A DNA stretch of 64,000 nt from an uncultured virus (IMG/VR IMGVR_UViG_3300030380_002827). Lineage: Duplodnaviria; Heunggongvirae; Uroviricota; Caudoviricetes. The stretch lies in IMG/VR virus record IMGVR_UViG_3300030380_002827; one strand, given 5' to 3'. The notes beneath the pieces were generated by a model, which had not been told where the DNA came from, ran no database searches, and saw only the letters and a list, made by a program, of their open reading frames with translations. The translations under genes and the position numbers were made by a program. Shown piece by piece: positions 37,065 through 47,846 of this stretch (position 1 is the first letter of the stretch; every line of letters starts with the position of its first letter).

Positions 37065-38471
37065 TTACATAAGGTTTGCAACCTTAACTCTTCTGTAGTA
37101 GCGGTTAGCGTTGGAAAGAAGTCTTCCAAGTCCTTGGTTAGATACGTTACCTTCGGCAAATGGGTTTGCAACGATTCCGTAACGAGTCTTGAAGCCAATT
37201 TTTGGTTGGAAGGTGTCCTGACCCACTGCACGAACCATCTGTAGAGGAACGTAAGGGCAGTAGAACAATCCAGCGTCATAAGGGTTAGTACCCTTGTAAC
37301 CAACAACGTAGTACTGATTAGCGTCATTGTTTGCAGCGAAAGGATCGATGTAAACTTTGTACTTACCAGCAAGAGTACCAGCAAATGTATTACCAGTATC
37401 GTCAACGTTTAAGTTAGCGTTAAGTGCAGGGGTGTAATCAAGGATTCCAGCCATTGTAAGAGCTGAAGCAACGTCGGCAGAGCAGAGAACCACGTTGCCC
37501 TTTCCGCGACGAGTTCTTTGTGCGATTTGGTTCGCATCTCTTTCGATCTGGAATAGAAGTCCTTTGAACTTCTCAACTGACCAACGACCGTTTGAGTCGG
37601 TGTCTAAGTCGAACGTTCCAGCGGTTGCAGTGTTGATTGTTGCACCTTGTTCTGCGACCTTGTAGATAGTACGGATAACTTCGCGGTTGATCTCAGCAAG
37701 AATCTCAGTTGAGAGAATGTTTGCGAGTTCAGACTCAGCGTTTAATCCGTGAATTGCTTTAAGGTCTTGAGCCAATTCTAAACTGTACTCAGCTTTGAGT
37801 GCTCTGGACTTCGCAGTCACAGTAACTTTCTCGATGCTGAATGCCATTTCTTGGAAAGCGTTAGCAGCAGCGTCTCCTAATGCCTCAGACTCACCAGTAA
37901 CCATACCTTGACCAACAGAGTAGTCAGTAGTAGTTGCGGAACCAACAGGGTTAAGAACGCCTGGGTTAGTGCCGTTAGGTGAAGATGTAGTACCAAAACC
38001 AGCGGCAACGTCTGTCATGCCACCTGTAAGGTTCTGAGAGGAGTTCTGTCCAGAGAATGAAGTATCTGGTTCATCGAAGAGAGCCTCAGTTCCACTCTGA
38101 TTAGTGAATCTGGATCTCATTGCGAAGATAAGTCCTGTAGGACCAGACATTGGTTGAACACCAGCAAGGTCATATGCGACCAAGTTAGGCATTGCACGTC
38201 TGATAAGACTAATCAACACAGGGTCGAAACCAGCAACAGGGCCGCCTGCGGCAGATGAACCACTAAATCCACCAGTTCCAGCGGAGTTAGTAGGAGATGC
38301 CTCAGTCAATGACTGGAAAGCATTCTCTTCTCTGAGCATTTGCTCTTGGTTTTCGAGAAGAACCGCAGTAACGTTTCTTCTATGTGCGTCTTTAATTGGA
38401 TCTGACCCTTCGTGATCTAGAAGGGGAGCCCACTTTTCAGTGAGTTGTTGATAGTTGATGTTTTGTTGCAT
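37065..38471 (-). CDS. gp23: Major capsid protein gp23
   Basis: EKWAPLL, GVQPMSGPTGLIFAMRSR, KSRALKAEYSLELAQDLKAIHG, FQPKIGFKTRYG. Confidence 0.99.
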   Translation of the reverse strand: MQQNINYQQLTEKWAPLLDHEGSDPIKDAHRRNVTAVLLENQEQMLREENAFQSLTEASPTNSAGTGGFSGSSAAGGPVAGFDPVLISLIRRAMPNLVAYDLAGVQPMSGPTGLIFAMRSRFTNQSGTEALFDEPDTSFSGQNSSQNLTGGMTDVAAGFGTTSSPNGTNPGVLNPVGSATTTDYSVGQGMVTGESEALGDAAANAFQEMAFSIEKVTVTAKSRALKAEYSLELAQDLKAIHGLNAESELANILSTEILAEINREVIRTIYKVAEQGATINTATAGTFDLDTDSNGRWSVEKFKGLLFQIERDANQIAQRTRRGKGNVVLCSADVASALTMAGILDYTPALNANLNVDDTGNTFAGTLAGKYKVYIDPFAANNDANQYYVVGYKGTNPYDAGLFYCPYVPLQMVRAVGQDTFQPKIGFKTRYGIVANPFAEGNVSNQGLGRLLSNANRYYRRVKVANLM

Positions 38472-38511
38472 CGGTCTATAAGAGTTGTTTAGTTAAAAAT
38501 TAATCCAGTTC

Positions 38512-39594
38512 CTATTTCATACGTCCAAGTGCTTCAAGATATGCAGCCATAGTGCCAGTTGCTGGCTCTACATGTTCTGCTTCTTCCTTAAGTTCTTGAG
38601 GAGCGGACGCTGTGGATGTTGTTTTCTTCTGTCCGAAATAAGATTCTTTCAGAGTTTCAATTTTTCCACGATAGGATTCTTCACTTTCAAACTCAACACT
38701 TTCTGCAAGAGTTTGTAGTTTCTCTTTCTGAGATACTGCAAGTCCTTCTGCAACGTTGTTGAAGACAGTCTGAGCAGTTGACTCACCAAGTTTTTGGTTA
38801 AGTGCAACGTTTCTTTCTATCTGCTCATTGAGCTTGGTCTCCATTTCATCAAGTTTGTCCACCATGTTTTCTAGGACATCATATTTATCTTCAGGTAAGG
38901 TTACATAATGTTCTTCAAAAAGCTTTTTCATGCCTTCCATGAAGGATTCAGTCATTTCGGATTTAATGCCTTTCTCGATAGCGATAGCATTTTCCTCCAT
39001 CCATTCTTGGGCGACATATTCGAGGTATGCGTCTGTTCTCTCAGTGAGTTCGACTTTGATTTCCTCAACCTGTTCGTTGAGTGCTTTCTCATACTCTTCG
39101 TTTAACTGATTCTCGATATCTGTGATCTTAGCATTGATAGATGCCTCGAAAATCACCTTTGCCTTTTCTTTGAATTCCTCAGAAAGGTCTTCTCCAGAAA
39201 GAAGTGCGTTGACATCTTCTTCGATGGCAGCGTTTAGATCAACTGCTTCAGTTTCAGTTGACTCTTCTTCAGCGACAACCTCTTGGGTTTCGTCGGCTTC
39301 CGCCTCTTCGGCGTACTTGGGTGCAGTAGGCATTGGATCAGCTTTACCAGCGTTTTTAGTGATTACGTCTTTAACTTGCTTAATAGTCGCGGTTGGCGTT
39401 TTAAGCATGTTGCTGTTGTCGTCAGGCTTTGAGTTCTCAGGCGTAGGACCACCAAGATCTTCAACGGAACCTTGACCATCAGGAACGTAATTGGGAGTAG
39501 AGGGCATTGGATCGCCTTTTGCTGCTCCACTATTTACAGCGGTATTAGATTGCTGTGTCTTTACATCCATTTCTTGTAAATCTCCACGGGACAT
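38512..39594 (-). CDS. gp22: Prohead core scaffold gp22
   Basis: LSEEFKEKAKVIFEA...YLEYVAQEWM...LKESYF; Glu-rich coiled coil. Confidence 0.95.
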   Translation of the reverse strand: MSRGDLQEMDVKTQQSNTAVNSGAAKGDPMPSTPNYVPDGQGSVEDLGGPTPENSKPDDNSNMLKTPTATIKQVKDVITKNAGKADPMPTAPKYAEEAEADETQEVVAEEESTETEAVDLNAAIEEDVNALLSGEDLSEEFKEKAKVIFEASINAKITDIENQLNEEYEKALNEQVEEIKVELTERTDAYLEYVAQEWMEENAIAIEKGIKSEMTESFMEGMKKLFEEHYVTLPEDKYDVLENMVDKLDEMETKLNEQIERNVALNQKLGESTAQTVFNNVAEGLAVSQKEKLQTLAESVEFESEESYRGKIETLKESYFGQKKTTSTASAPQELKEEAEHVEPATGTMAAYLEALGRMK

Positions 39595-39654
39595 TTTGAA
39601 CTCTCCGTCGTAAAACGTGTTTAGATATCGTATAATCTATGTTTATTTATTAAA

Positions 39655-40389
39655 TCAAAGATTTGATAAGAAGTTTTGGAAGATTTCCAACTTCTTCTCG
39701 TCAAGTTGACCTTGATCTACTAATTTATTTATAGTTTTTTGGGTCTTCTCAATGACTTCCTCCACTGCCTTTTCAGGCTCAGCAACTGCAATCGCAGGGT
39801 GAGTCATAGTTTTTTCTTCTACAACTGCAATCTGTGATTGTTTTGCCTTTAGGATTCCTGCCTCCCAAACCCAATCAACTCCCTCCATGATACCATTCAC
39901 AAATGCGTCTGGTGCTGAAGGATCTGCCACTATATCAGCAGCAGTGGCAAGCATGAAATCTTCACCGACAACTTTATAGCCTTCGCTAGTGTCTTTGAGA
40001 CTTCCCATTCCTCTAGATGATACTCCAAGAGTAACGCCGTCATTCAATAATGACTGTGCGATTGTACCCATCGGTGTATTGAGGAGTTGTGCTTTACCTA
40101 CAAAGTTTGTTCCTTCCCTATGAAGGTCTACAATCTTGTGGGATACTCTGTCTAAGTTTACAGTAGGACCTTCGGGGTGACCTAACTCACCAAGAGCACG
40201 ACCTTTGCCAACAAACGCTTCATTATATCTGCCTACCTCTTTCTCAAGAGTTTCTACAGGATAAAAACGTCCGTTTCTGTTCTTAAGGTTTCCTTGTAAA
40301 AAGATACCCTCAATGAACATATTCTTCTTACCGTCTTTTTCTTCGATAAGAACCTTAGCGGTTTCGATCTCTTCAGTGATGAGTTTCAT
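39655..40389 (-). CDS. gp21: Prohead protease gp21
   Basis: NRNGRFYP, ALGELGHP, GVSSRGMGS, DIVADPSAPDA. Confidence 0.97.
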   Translation of the reverse strand: MKLITEEIETAKVLIEEKDGKKNMFIEGIFLQGNLKNRNGRFYPVETLEKEVGRYNEAFVGKGRALGELGHPEGPTVNLDRVSHKIVDLHREGTNFVGKAQLLNTPMGTIAQSLLNDGVTLGVSSRGMGSLKDTSEGYKVVGEDFMLATAADIVADPSAPDAFVNGIMEGVDWVWEAGILKAKQSQIAVVEEKTMTHPAIAVAEPEKAVEEVIEKTQKTINKLVDQGQLDEKKLEIFQNFLSNL

Positions 40390-40390
40390 G

Positions 40391-40693
40391 TTAAGCCTCA
40401 GGTTGTTCTTCTTCTACTGCATCATCAACTGGTTCTGCCTCTGCGACAGGTTCTTCAACTTCTGCTGTATCCTCAACAGAACTAGGTGTGCCAGGAGCTT
40501 CTTCCTCTTCTGGCTCTTCCTCATTGTTTAGATGAGGATTAGGTCCACCAAACATGTCAGCAGTAACTGCTGGTTTCACTATATCAATGTTCTCTGCAGC
40601 CTTATTGTATAAGATATCTTTTATCTTATCATGAATATCGGTTGCTGAACCTTCTTCGCCTGCAGCGATCATATCAAGTAAATCATTATCCAT
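40391..40693 (-). CDS. Small acidic prohead core protein (gp67/gp68 position)
   Basis: Very acidic 100-aa ORF between gp20 and gp21; TATAAATA at 40723-40730. Confidence 0.7.
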   Translation of the reverse strand: MDNDLLDMIAAGEEGSATDIHDKIKDILYNKAAENIDIVKPAVTADMFGGPNPHLNNEEEPEEEEAPGTPSSVEDTAEVEEPVAEAEPVDDAVEEEQPEA

Positions 40694-40722
40694 AAGTTGT
40701 TAATATAGAATTAGACTAGTAT

Positions 40723-40730
40723 TATTTATA
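40723..40730 (-). promoter_or_regulatory. T4-type late promoter TATAAATA
   Basis: Exact consensus; also at 42452-42459 and 16648-16655; A/CTAAATA variants at 39644, 43195, 45677, 49381 and 52521 before structural genes. Confidence 0.8.
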
Positions 40731-42426
40731 TTTCGCCGCCTTCGGGCATCTCTGGAGCTTCTGTGGCACTACCATCTATGCCAGGATCTTCTGGCATTTG
40801 ACCCATATTTGGATCAGGATTCATAGCACCGCCAGGCATTTGTTCTGGATGAACTCCAAGTTGTAGTTGTTGTACTTCCATAGGATCTGCAAGTTTACCT
40901 GACTTGATTTCCTTCTCCATTTGCTTATCGATCTCGATGATCTCTTCATCCTTCTGCTTAAGAATATTTCTACGAACATAGTCCAGTGAGAAATATTTAC
41001 CAACATAGGGATCAACAGCGGCGACAACACCGAGTCTTTCGTTGATTAGTTCAGTTTCTTTGAGTTCTGCAAAATGATTGTCATACACAAAGTCATACTG
41101 AATATGATCTCCGAGTGTATCCCAGTCTTCTGGGGTGACAATGTTTTTTAGAATCAACTGAGTCTTCAACATATCGTTGAATAGATGAGAAAATCTCTTT
41201 CTCATTCTGCCAACAAACTTTGTGAACTTGATCTCATCTCTTAAGATCTCAGATGATCTACCAAGATTAAACCCTTCACCTGATCCAGCAATACGAGATT
41301 CTGGAACTCCAAGTGATCTGTATAGTTTCTTTTGGAAGTATTCTATATCAGACAATTCACCTAGATTCTGTCCACCAGGCAATGTAGTGATTTCAGTTCC
41401 TCTTCCACCTTCACGTCTAGGAAGCCAGAAGTCTTCAAGCATACTCATATGCTTTCTGTCATCACGAATCTCACCTGTACTTGCATCATAAACAAGTTTG
41501 TTTCTATAACGGTTCATCACCTCTTTGAGGTATTGTTCCGCCTTCATCTTAGGTAAGTTACCTACATCAATATAGAAGATTCTTCTTTCTGGAGCACGAC
41601 TCAACCTGTAGATGACAAGAGAGTCCTCAATCATTCTAAGTTGATTGAGTGCTTTGATTGACTTATGTAAGTAAGAAAGAATAGTTTGTTTGTTCCTGTC
41701 AACTAAACCTGAGTGACAGAATGTGATAGCATCAGGTGCAATCTTCACTGGTCTCTGTTTAGTAGAGAAAGGAGTTTGACCTATAGCACCCAAGGCATTT
41801 TTACCTTGAGTTTGACTAGGATCATACTGGTAATATTCTTCTATCTCTGGACTCTCTAGATCAGCAGGGTTCTGTCCGTTTACCTGTTTGATTGCTCCTC
41901 TGAGTGTAGGATCTGTCTTGAGTTTTCTTACTAACTTGATTTTAAGTGGGTCAATATATCTAACTTCCTTAAGTCCTTCTTCTGGTTTCTTGATATCAAT
42001 TACCTTATGATAATAGATTCTACCATCAATATACCAGTTCCTTAGAATTTCATGGCACTTCTTATCGAAGTCCATTACTTCTTTAATAGTTTTGAACTCT
42101 TCTCTAATGAGATCTTTAAGCTTCGCAGATGCTGGAAGATTCTCCAAATCGATTTCGACAGGAGAATCATTCTGATCTGAAACTATTGCTTCATTTATAA
42201 TATCTTCAATGGCACTGTCCACTTCTGGATGAAGTGCCATTTCTCTATACCTTTTTATTAACTCGTACTCTGACTTAAATACACCGTCAATATCAACGTA
42301 CTGCCCATAGAATCCGCTAGACACATAATAGTCTGACGAATCCTCGTTCGATTGGGGTACAGGAGAAACGACGTTCTTATTTTGTTCGTCGTCCTTCTGG
42401 ATTTTAAATCCAAATAATTTAGCCAT
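40726..42426 (-). CDS. gp20: Portal protein gp20
   Basis: YRLSRAPERRIFYIDVGNLPK, EDFWLPRREGGRGTEITTLPGGQNLG. Confidence 0.99.
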   Translation of the reverse strand: MAKLFGFKIQKDDEQNKNVVSPVPQSNEDSSDYYVSSGFYGQYVDIDGVFKSEYELIKRYREMALHPEVDSAIEDIINEAIVSDQNDSPVEIDLENLPASAKLKDLIREEFKTIKEVMDFDKKCHEILRNWYIDGRIYYHKVIDIKKPEEGLKEVRYIDPLKIKLVRKLKTDPTLRGAIKQVNGQNPADLESPEIEEYYQYDPSQTQGKNALGAIGQTPFSTKQRPVKIAPDAITFCHSGLVDRNKQTILSYLHKSIKALNQLRMIEDSLVIYRLSRAPERRIFYIDVGNLPKMKAEQYLKEVMNRYRNKLVYDASTGEIRDDRKHMSMLEDFWLPRREGGRGTEITTLPGGQNLGELSDIEYFQKKLYRSLGVPESRIAGSGEGFNLGRSSEILRDEIKFTKFVGRMRKRFSHLFNDMLKTQLILKNIVTPEDWDTLGDHIQYDFVYDNHFAELKETELINERLGVVAAVDPYVGKYFSLDYVRRNILKQKDEEIIEIDKQMEKEIKSGKLADPMEVQQLQLGVHPEQMPGGAMNPDPNMGQMPEDPGIDGSATEAPEMPEGGEI

Positions 42427-42474
42427 TAATCACTACTGGGCTGTTCCCAGTTATTTATAAGTCTTTCTTAAGGA

Positions 42475-43170
42475 CTATTCAGACTGACTGGATACTAAGT
42501 CGGAAAGACTGGAAGCACCACTACCTTCACTCTTGTTATCCTTAGTGCCGAAAACGTTTTGTCCTTTACCATTGAATACATCCCACCACTGGACTTGTAG
42601 GTCCACTGTGAACTCTTCAATAGAATCTGTTTGATCGTATGAAAGTTCAATAGCACTAATGTTAGTTGGGAATACTCCGTGGAACTTGTACTTTCTGAGA
42701 ACTGGTAATGGAGCATCAGCAGGCTTAAGTTTGAAACCTTCTACCTCTTGAGCTCTACCTATTTGATTAACAAACATATCCTGTTGATACTCAGATGGTG
42801 TTACTTCACCAGTTGCGTTATCATGTTTGTTGATTGCGTTCATCCATCTCTCGAAAGCATCTCTGATTTTGAAATCAGTATCGTTGATGATTGTGATTGT
42901 CCAGACATCGAATGTTCTGTCTCCAGCAATCTTCAAATTTCTTCCTCTAAAAGGAACGTCAATTACGTTGATGTTAGATGCAGGGAGGTTTGCAGCTTTT
43001 ACTAGAAATTTAGCTAACTCTTTAGCACCGCCTGAACTATTCTCCCCAAGAGCGCCTGGGAAGTTAAGTTCAACCTCAAACAAATTGGGTCTAGCACCAC
43101 CACCGACGAGCTTCGATTTAAAGTCGTCGAGGGTTCTAGTTTCTAGTTTAGGTGTATTGGGATTTGCCAT
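42475..43170 (-). CDS. gp19: Tail tube protein gp19
   Basis: GGARPNLFEV, PFRGRNLKIAGDRTFDVW, IEEFTVDLQVQWW. Confidence 0.97.
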   Translation of the reverse strand: MANPNTPKLETRTLDDFKSKLVGGGARPNLFEVELNFPGALGENSSGGAKELAKFLVKAANLPASNINVIDVPFRGRNLKIAGDRTFDVWTITIINDTDFKIRDAFERWMNAINKHDNATGEVTPSEYQQDMFVNQIGRAQEVEGFKLKPADAPLPVLRKYKFHGVFPTNISAIELSYDQTDSIEEFTVDLQVQWWDVFNGKGQNVFGTKDNKSEGSGASSLSDLVSSQSE

Positions 43171-43216
43171 GATCTTTTGAGACCTCTTCTTGTGTATTTA
43201 GTAAATGGTTAGTGAG

Positions 43217-45637
43217 TTAGGCGGAACCAACTACTTCATCGAAACTGATGCCAGTTCTAGTTGCAACAAAGGTTAGACCAATGAAGTTGATAGAACGTGC
43301 AGGCTTCACGAAGATGTCTGCCTTAAATGTATTCGAGTCGATAACATCGGGAGTGTTATTACTTTCGTCGCAAATTACAACGAAGTCAGTAATACCTCTC
43401 TTTGCCTTGACATCACGGAGATATGGTTCAACGATGTTCAAGAAGTTAGTTCTTGTTAGATCGTCATTGAACTCAAACAACTGTGATCTTGCAGCTCTTT
43501 CGATAACACCTTCGATTGTTAAGAACAAACGACGAACGTTGATTCTATCAAAAGCAGATGCTTCTTTCTGTGCAGTCTTGTCCCCGAACAGAACAATACC
43601 AGAGCCAGGAGAGAATACCACAGGGTTAATTCTCTTAGGATAAAGAGCGTCTCTTTGTGCTTGAGATGGGTTGTATGCAAGTTTAATTGCATTGTTGATA
43701 GTTCCTCTAGTTGCACCAGCGGGTGAGAACCAAGGGAATGAGTTGATGGAAGTTCTCGCCATCAATCCAGCAATGTCACCATTCAGAGGAATGTATCTGA
43801 ATGTATTGTTGAATCTATCAAATGTATATTTGTAACCAGAGTCAAATACACCGTAAGATGTTGAAGTTAAACTATCGTAGAACTGTATGATGCTTGCAGT
43901 TTGGTTATCAGTGTCAGTTTTACCAACAACACCGTCTCTGTAAGGTGAGATACATGCAACGCAATCTTTTCTAGTAGATGCGATAGATAACAATTTGTTT
44001 GCTTTAGCTTGTGCTTCGTAAATGGATACACCACTTGAAGGACCTTGAATGATGAAGTTAACTGAGTATTCAGCAGGGTTGTCAAGAACCTGATAAGAAC
44101 TAACAACTTCACCTAATGTGCAAGCGAATCTTTCAAGTCCACCGTAATCCATTCCATCTTTTAGGGAGAATGTATTAGGACCTGCACCGTTAAAGGTAAT
44201 TCCTTGACTTGGTTGTCCCCAAACACCAGTTGAATCTACTGTGTATCCACCCAGTGATGTATGCTTCAGACCAAGACCTGGCTGAGCAACACCAGCAAAG
44301 ATTTGATTGGAGAACTGTGCAATGTAATCTTTGTAGTAGATGTTTGTAGAAGGAGAAATCTGAGCATCAGTAGCCTTGGATAATCCAGTCCACTTCTCTA
44401 CAATATTACCAGAAGTACCAGTTACTTTACCTGTGTCATCAACAACGACAACATGCACTTCGTCATTCTTAGAACTTCTTTCCTTAGCGTATTCAGAAGT
44501 TGAAGGTCTAGAAGCAATCTGACTCCAACGAATAGTTTGGTTTGTAAGTCCAAGAGTTTGTTGATTGTACCAGTCAACAACAGTGTTACCTTCTCTGAGG
44601 TAGATACCACTATCAATACCAGACATTACTTGGAATGATGTGTTAGCAAATGCAACAGTTGCCGCAGTGTCCATGATGATAACTGGAAGACCACCAGTTG
44701 TTGCATAGGAAACAATAGTACCAGAGTAACTTCCGTTAAGAGATCTGATTGTGTCGCCAGGTGCAGTCTTAAGTGTGTTTAGATCTGATCCAAATGAAAT
44801 CTCTGTAGAACCAACACCAACTGCAGCGTTGAACTGAGTTCTTTCGATTTGAACAGATTGTCCAGAACTATTAAAGATCTTTAATTTATTTGGATGGTTT
44901 ACTTGGTAAGCTGCATTTTCAAATTGTGTATAGATTGACTGAGAATAACCTTGGAAAGCATTAATTTCAGATCCTTCCTCGTAATCTACGGCAGTCCAAG
45001 TATCTGTAGTAACGTTATGTTTGGAAACAACCTTAACATCAACGAAACCATTACCGATTCCAGTAAGGATACCCTTTAAGTAACCTGTTTGAACACCAAC
45101 TGTTCCATCTGTGTTTGCAACTTGAGATGAGAACGCAGCGGTAATACCGAATCCAACTGATAATCCTTCTGTACCGATTGCGACTCTTTGGTCAGCCTGT
45201 GCGTCAATAGTGCAGATCTTAAGATCGTTTGCCCAAGAGCCAGGTGATCTTGCAGCGTAGTGCCAAGTTGTAGGTGACGTATGATTGTTATAATAGTCTT
45301 CCTGTGAATTGACTTGTAAGTCGGTAACTGCAGCACCAACAGGCACGTTAGCGTTAGAAAGTTCTGTGTTGCTGCTTCTTAGTACTCTAAGAACTCCACC
45401 GTATGAAAGGTAGGAGGATGCAGTCATCCAGTACTCGTATTGTGCATCGGCAGTATAGGGTTTACCAAACGTTGCAAGTAAGTCAGCTTCGGTCTCGATC
45501 AATACTGGTGTATTAACAGGTCCTTTTGCGAAAGGTCCCGCGATAGCACCTACCTGATCAGCAATGCCGTCAATTCTTCCTACGGTTAGGTCAACCTCTC
45601 TTACCTTAACGCCTGGAGATACTAGATTAAGCGCCAT
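43217..45637 (-). CDS. gp18: Tail sheath protein gp18
   Basis: SPGVKVREVDLT, WFSPAG, FDRINVRRLF, KPARSINFI. Confidence 0.98.
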   Translation of the reverse strand: MALNLVSPGVKVREVDLTVGRIDGIADQVGAIAGPFAKGPVNTPVLIETEADLLATFGKPYTADAQYEYWMTASSYLSYGGVLRVLRSSNTELSNANVPVGAAVTDLQVNSQEDYYNNHTSPTTWHYAARSPGSWANDLKICTIDAQADQRVAIGTEGLSVGFGITAAFSSQVANTDGTVGVQTGYLKGILTGIGNGFVDVKVVSKHNVTTDTWTAVDYEEGSEINAFQGYSQSIYTQFENAAYQVNHPNKLKIFNSSGQSVQIERTQFNAAVGVGSTEISFGSDLNTLKTAPGDTIRSLNGSYSGTIVSYATTGGLPVIIMDTAATVAFANTSFQVMSGIDSGIYLREGNTVVDWYNQQTLGLTNQTIRWSQIASRPSTSEYAKERSSKNDEVHVVVVDDTGKVTGTSGNIVEKWTGLSKATDAQISPSTNIYYKDYIAQFSNQIFAGVAQPGLGLKHTSLGGYTVDSTGVWGQPSQGITFNGAGPNTFSLKDGMDYGGLERFACTLGEVVSSYQVLDNPAEYSVNFIIQGPSSGVSIYEAQAKANKLLSIASTRKDCVACISPYRDGVVGKTDTDNQTASIIQFYDSLTSTSYGVFDSGYKYTFDRFNNTFRYIPLNGDIAGLMARTSINSFPWFSPAGATRGTINNAIKLAYNPSQAQRDALYPKRINPVVFSPGSGIVLFGDKTAQKEASAFDRINVRRLFLTIEGVIERAARSQLFEFNDDLTRTNFLNIVEPYLRDVKAKRGITDFVVICDESNNTPDVIDSNTFKADIFVKPARSINFIGLTFVATRTGISFDEVVGSA

Positions 45638-45723
45638 GTTCGTGTTCCTCTTGGATCTCAGTTGTTTATCTGTTATTATTTAGAAAAATGACCTTTTCTG
45701 TGGGGAAATCGTACATGAACCCT

Positions 45724-45933
45724 CTACCAGTCAGGATAAACGTCTGGTTTTTCTCTCTTTCTTTTCTTCTTTACCCTATCAATAGTACAGGATTTGCACT
45801 CGTATGAATATGATGATGGCAATACTCCTCTACTCTTTCTGGTTAGATAAAACCCTTCTGTAAGTGGGTATGTCCTATTACAGACTCTACACTTTCTCTC
45901 ATGCAAGAATAAAATAGGATCGTCTAAGTCCAT
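45724..45933 (-). CDS. Small zinc-finger protein
   Basis: RKCRVC...SYSYECKSC; usual position between gp17 and gp18. Confidence 0.75.
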   Translation of the reverse strand: MDLDDPILFLHERKCRVCNRTYPLTEGFYLTRKSRGVLPSSYSYECKSCTIDRVKKKRKREKPDVYPDW

Positions 45934-47591
45934 CAGAGGTAATCCCACATGTATGATCTATCGCCATATTCATCTACATTCCATCTAGTTCCTTCGTTAT
46001 CTACAAATGATTGTTCTTCTTCCAATCCATCAGCTATGAATCCAAATGGTGCCATGTCTGCCTCTATCTGATCTCTTTGATCATCATAGACTCTCTTTCT
46101 TATATCATCGTCAGTCATCTCTTTGAAATAATCTTGCATCACCAACCATGCAAATATGACCAAACACATGGCAAGGTCATCATTACAACCTTCCTCTGCC
46201 TCGAACGAGTTTGCTTTTTCGATAAAGGTAGTGAGTTCTGCAATAATATTGTAATCATTGATAAGTAACTTATCAGATTCAATGAGTGTCTTAAGGTTCA
46301 AAGCGCCAATTTTCTTCACAGTCTTAGACATCTTGACTCCTAGTTGCACCTTACTACCAGAGAATCCTTGTCCTAATACTTGTCCAGCTCTACCTCTTAC
46401 AGCAGTCATCAAAACGTTTTCGTATTCTAAATCATAAAAAAGTATCGATGCAATCTGATCTCCTATGTCATTTACCTCACATAGAATAAAAGCATTATTA
46501 TATGCCTTAGCAAATTCTTGAATGACTGTAGGAAATAACATTGGTTTTATAGTGTTATTTCTATACTTAGCAACTACCCTGTAAGGAAATGTAGTGGTGT
46601 CAAAGACAATGAAAGCAGAGTAATCTTTCTCCACACCTCTTGCAACGTCTACCGTAATTGAATAATTGTGTTTATCTATTGGGTTTTCATATATCTCACC
46701 GCCTCTCTTTCCAGTATTGATTGGTTCATCATATACCATAGACTTCAACTTAGATGGTGAAATCAGTGTATCAACAGATCCTAAGAACTCACACTCAAAC
46801 TCAACACGGAACTGTGCTTCTGATGTGTTCTTGATTGTCTGTTCTTTCCACGCTTCATCTCTGCCTGGCACTTCCGACCAGTGAACGTCTGTGGTGACGT
46901 ATTCATTTCTACCTAGTTCTGCATCATGCCACAGTCGGTAAAAGTGATTCATACCACGAGGGGTAGAAACAATAATTACCTTAGTAGACTTACCAGAACT
47001 AATAGTAGGATATACACTACTAAAGAAATCATCTGCTAAATGGTTGGCAACGAACGCAAATTCGTCCAAGAATATAATATTGAATGACATACCTCGAACA
47101 GCTGATGCAGAGGTAGATGCCGCAATGATCTTGGATTTGTTTTCCAATTCCATAGATCCTTTGTTCCATGCAATGATACCCTGTTGCATCCACTTGGGCA
47201 AGTTCTCATATGCAATTTGTAATCTACCTAGTAGATCTCTGGCAGTCTGAGCTTTGTTTGCAAGAATACCTATAGTTACACTATCATTGAAGATGGCATA
47301 GTGCAACAGATAAGATACCACAGTCGTTGACTTACCTGACTGTCGAGGCATCTTACATATATTAAATCTGTTATTATGGAAATTATTAACTAACTTCTCT
47401 TGGAAGTCATACATCTTGAATGGTACTAGACCTTCATCCAAGTTGATGATCTGTACATACGTCTGTGCAAAATACACAGGATCTTGAGCGCACTTTAAAA
47501 ACTCAGCAACTTGTTTCTTTGTAAAGTTCTGAGCAACGTTTGCTTTTTTTAGATTAGGGTTTCCAAGGTATTGTACATTATTATCAGGCAT
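45933..47591 (-). CDS. gp17: Terminase large subunit gp17
   Basis: PRQSGKST, IFLDEFAF, VDVARG, NDDLAMCL. Confidence 0.98.
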   Translation of the reverse strand: MPDNNVQYLGNPNLKKANVAQNFTKKQVAEFLKCAQDPVYFAQTYVQIINLDEGLVPFKMYDFQEKLVNNFHNNRFNICKMPRQSGKSTTVVSYLLHYAIFNDSVTIGILANKAQTARDLLGRLQIAYENLPKWMQQGIIAWNKGSMELENKSKIIAASTSASAVRGMSFNIIFLDEFAFVANHLADDFFSSVYPTISSGKSTKVIIVSTPRGMNHFYRLWHDAELGRNEYVTTDVHWSEVPGRDEAWKEQTIKNTSEAQFRVEFECEFLGSVDTLISPSKLKSMVYDEPINTGKRGGEIYENPIDKHNYSITVDVARGVEKDYSAFIVFDTTTFPYRVVAKYRNNTIKPMLFPTVIQEFAKAYNNAFILCEVNDIGDQIASILFYDLEYENVLMTAVRGRAGQVLGQGFSGSKVQLGVKMSKTVKKIGALNLKTLIESDKLLINDYNIIAELTTFIEKANSFEAEEGCNDDLAMCLVIFAWLVMQDYFKEMTDDDIRKRVYDDQRDQIEADMAPFGFIADGLEEEQSFVDNEGTRWNVDEYGDRSYMWDYL

Positions 47592-47594
47592 GAT

Positions 47595-47846
47595 TTATGC
47601 GTCAATTACTAATAGGGGTTTCGTAGGGTCTTTGTCACTGGCATCAAAGTATAAGACTTTACTGCCTGGATATACTTTGTTCAATTCATACTGAACATTC
47701 TTTTTTAAGGGTCGTGCTCTTTGAGGAAAAAACATCTGAATGAACTTAGTCTGTCCTCTAAATTGAAAAGTAATAGTATAGGTTGCACCATACTTATTCA
47801 ATCTCTGCCAGTTACCTTCTTCGTTGATTGATTTGAAACTTTTCAT
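47595..47846 (-). CDS. Hypothetical protein, possibly virion-internal
   Basis: 83 aa starting MKSFKSINEE. Confidence 0.7.
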   Translation of the reverse strand: MKSFKSINEEGNWQRLNKYGATYTITFQFRGQTKFIQMFFPQRARPLKKNVQYELNKVYPGSKVLYFDASDKDPTKPLLVIDA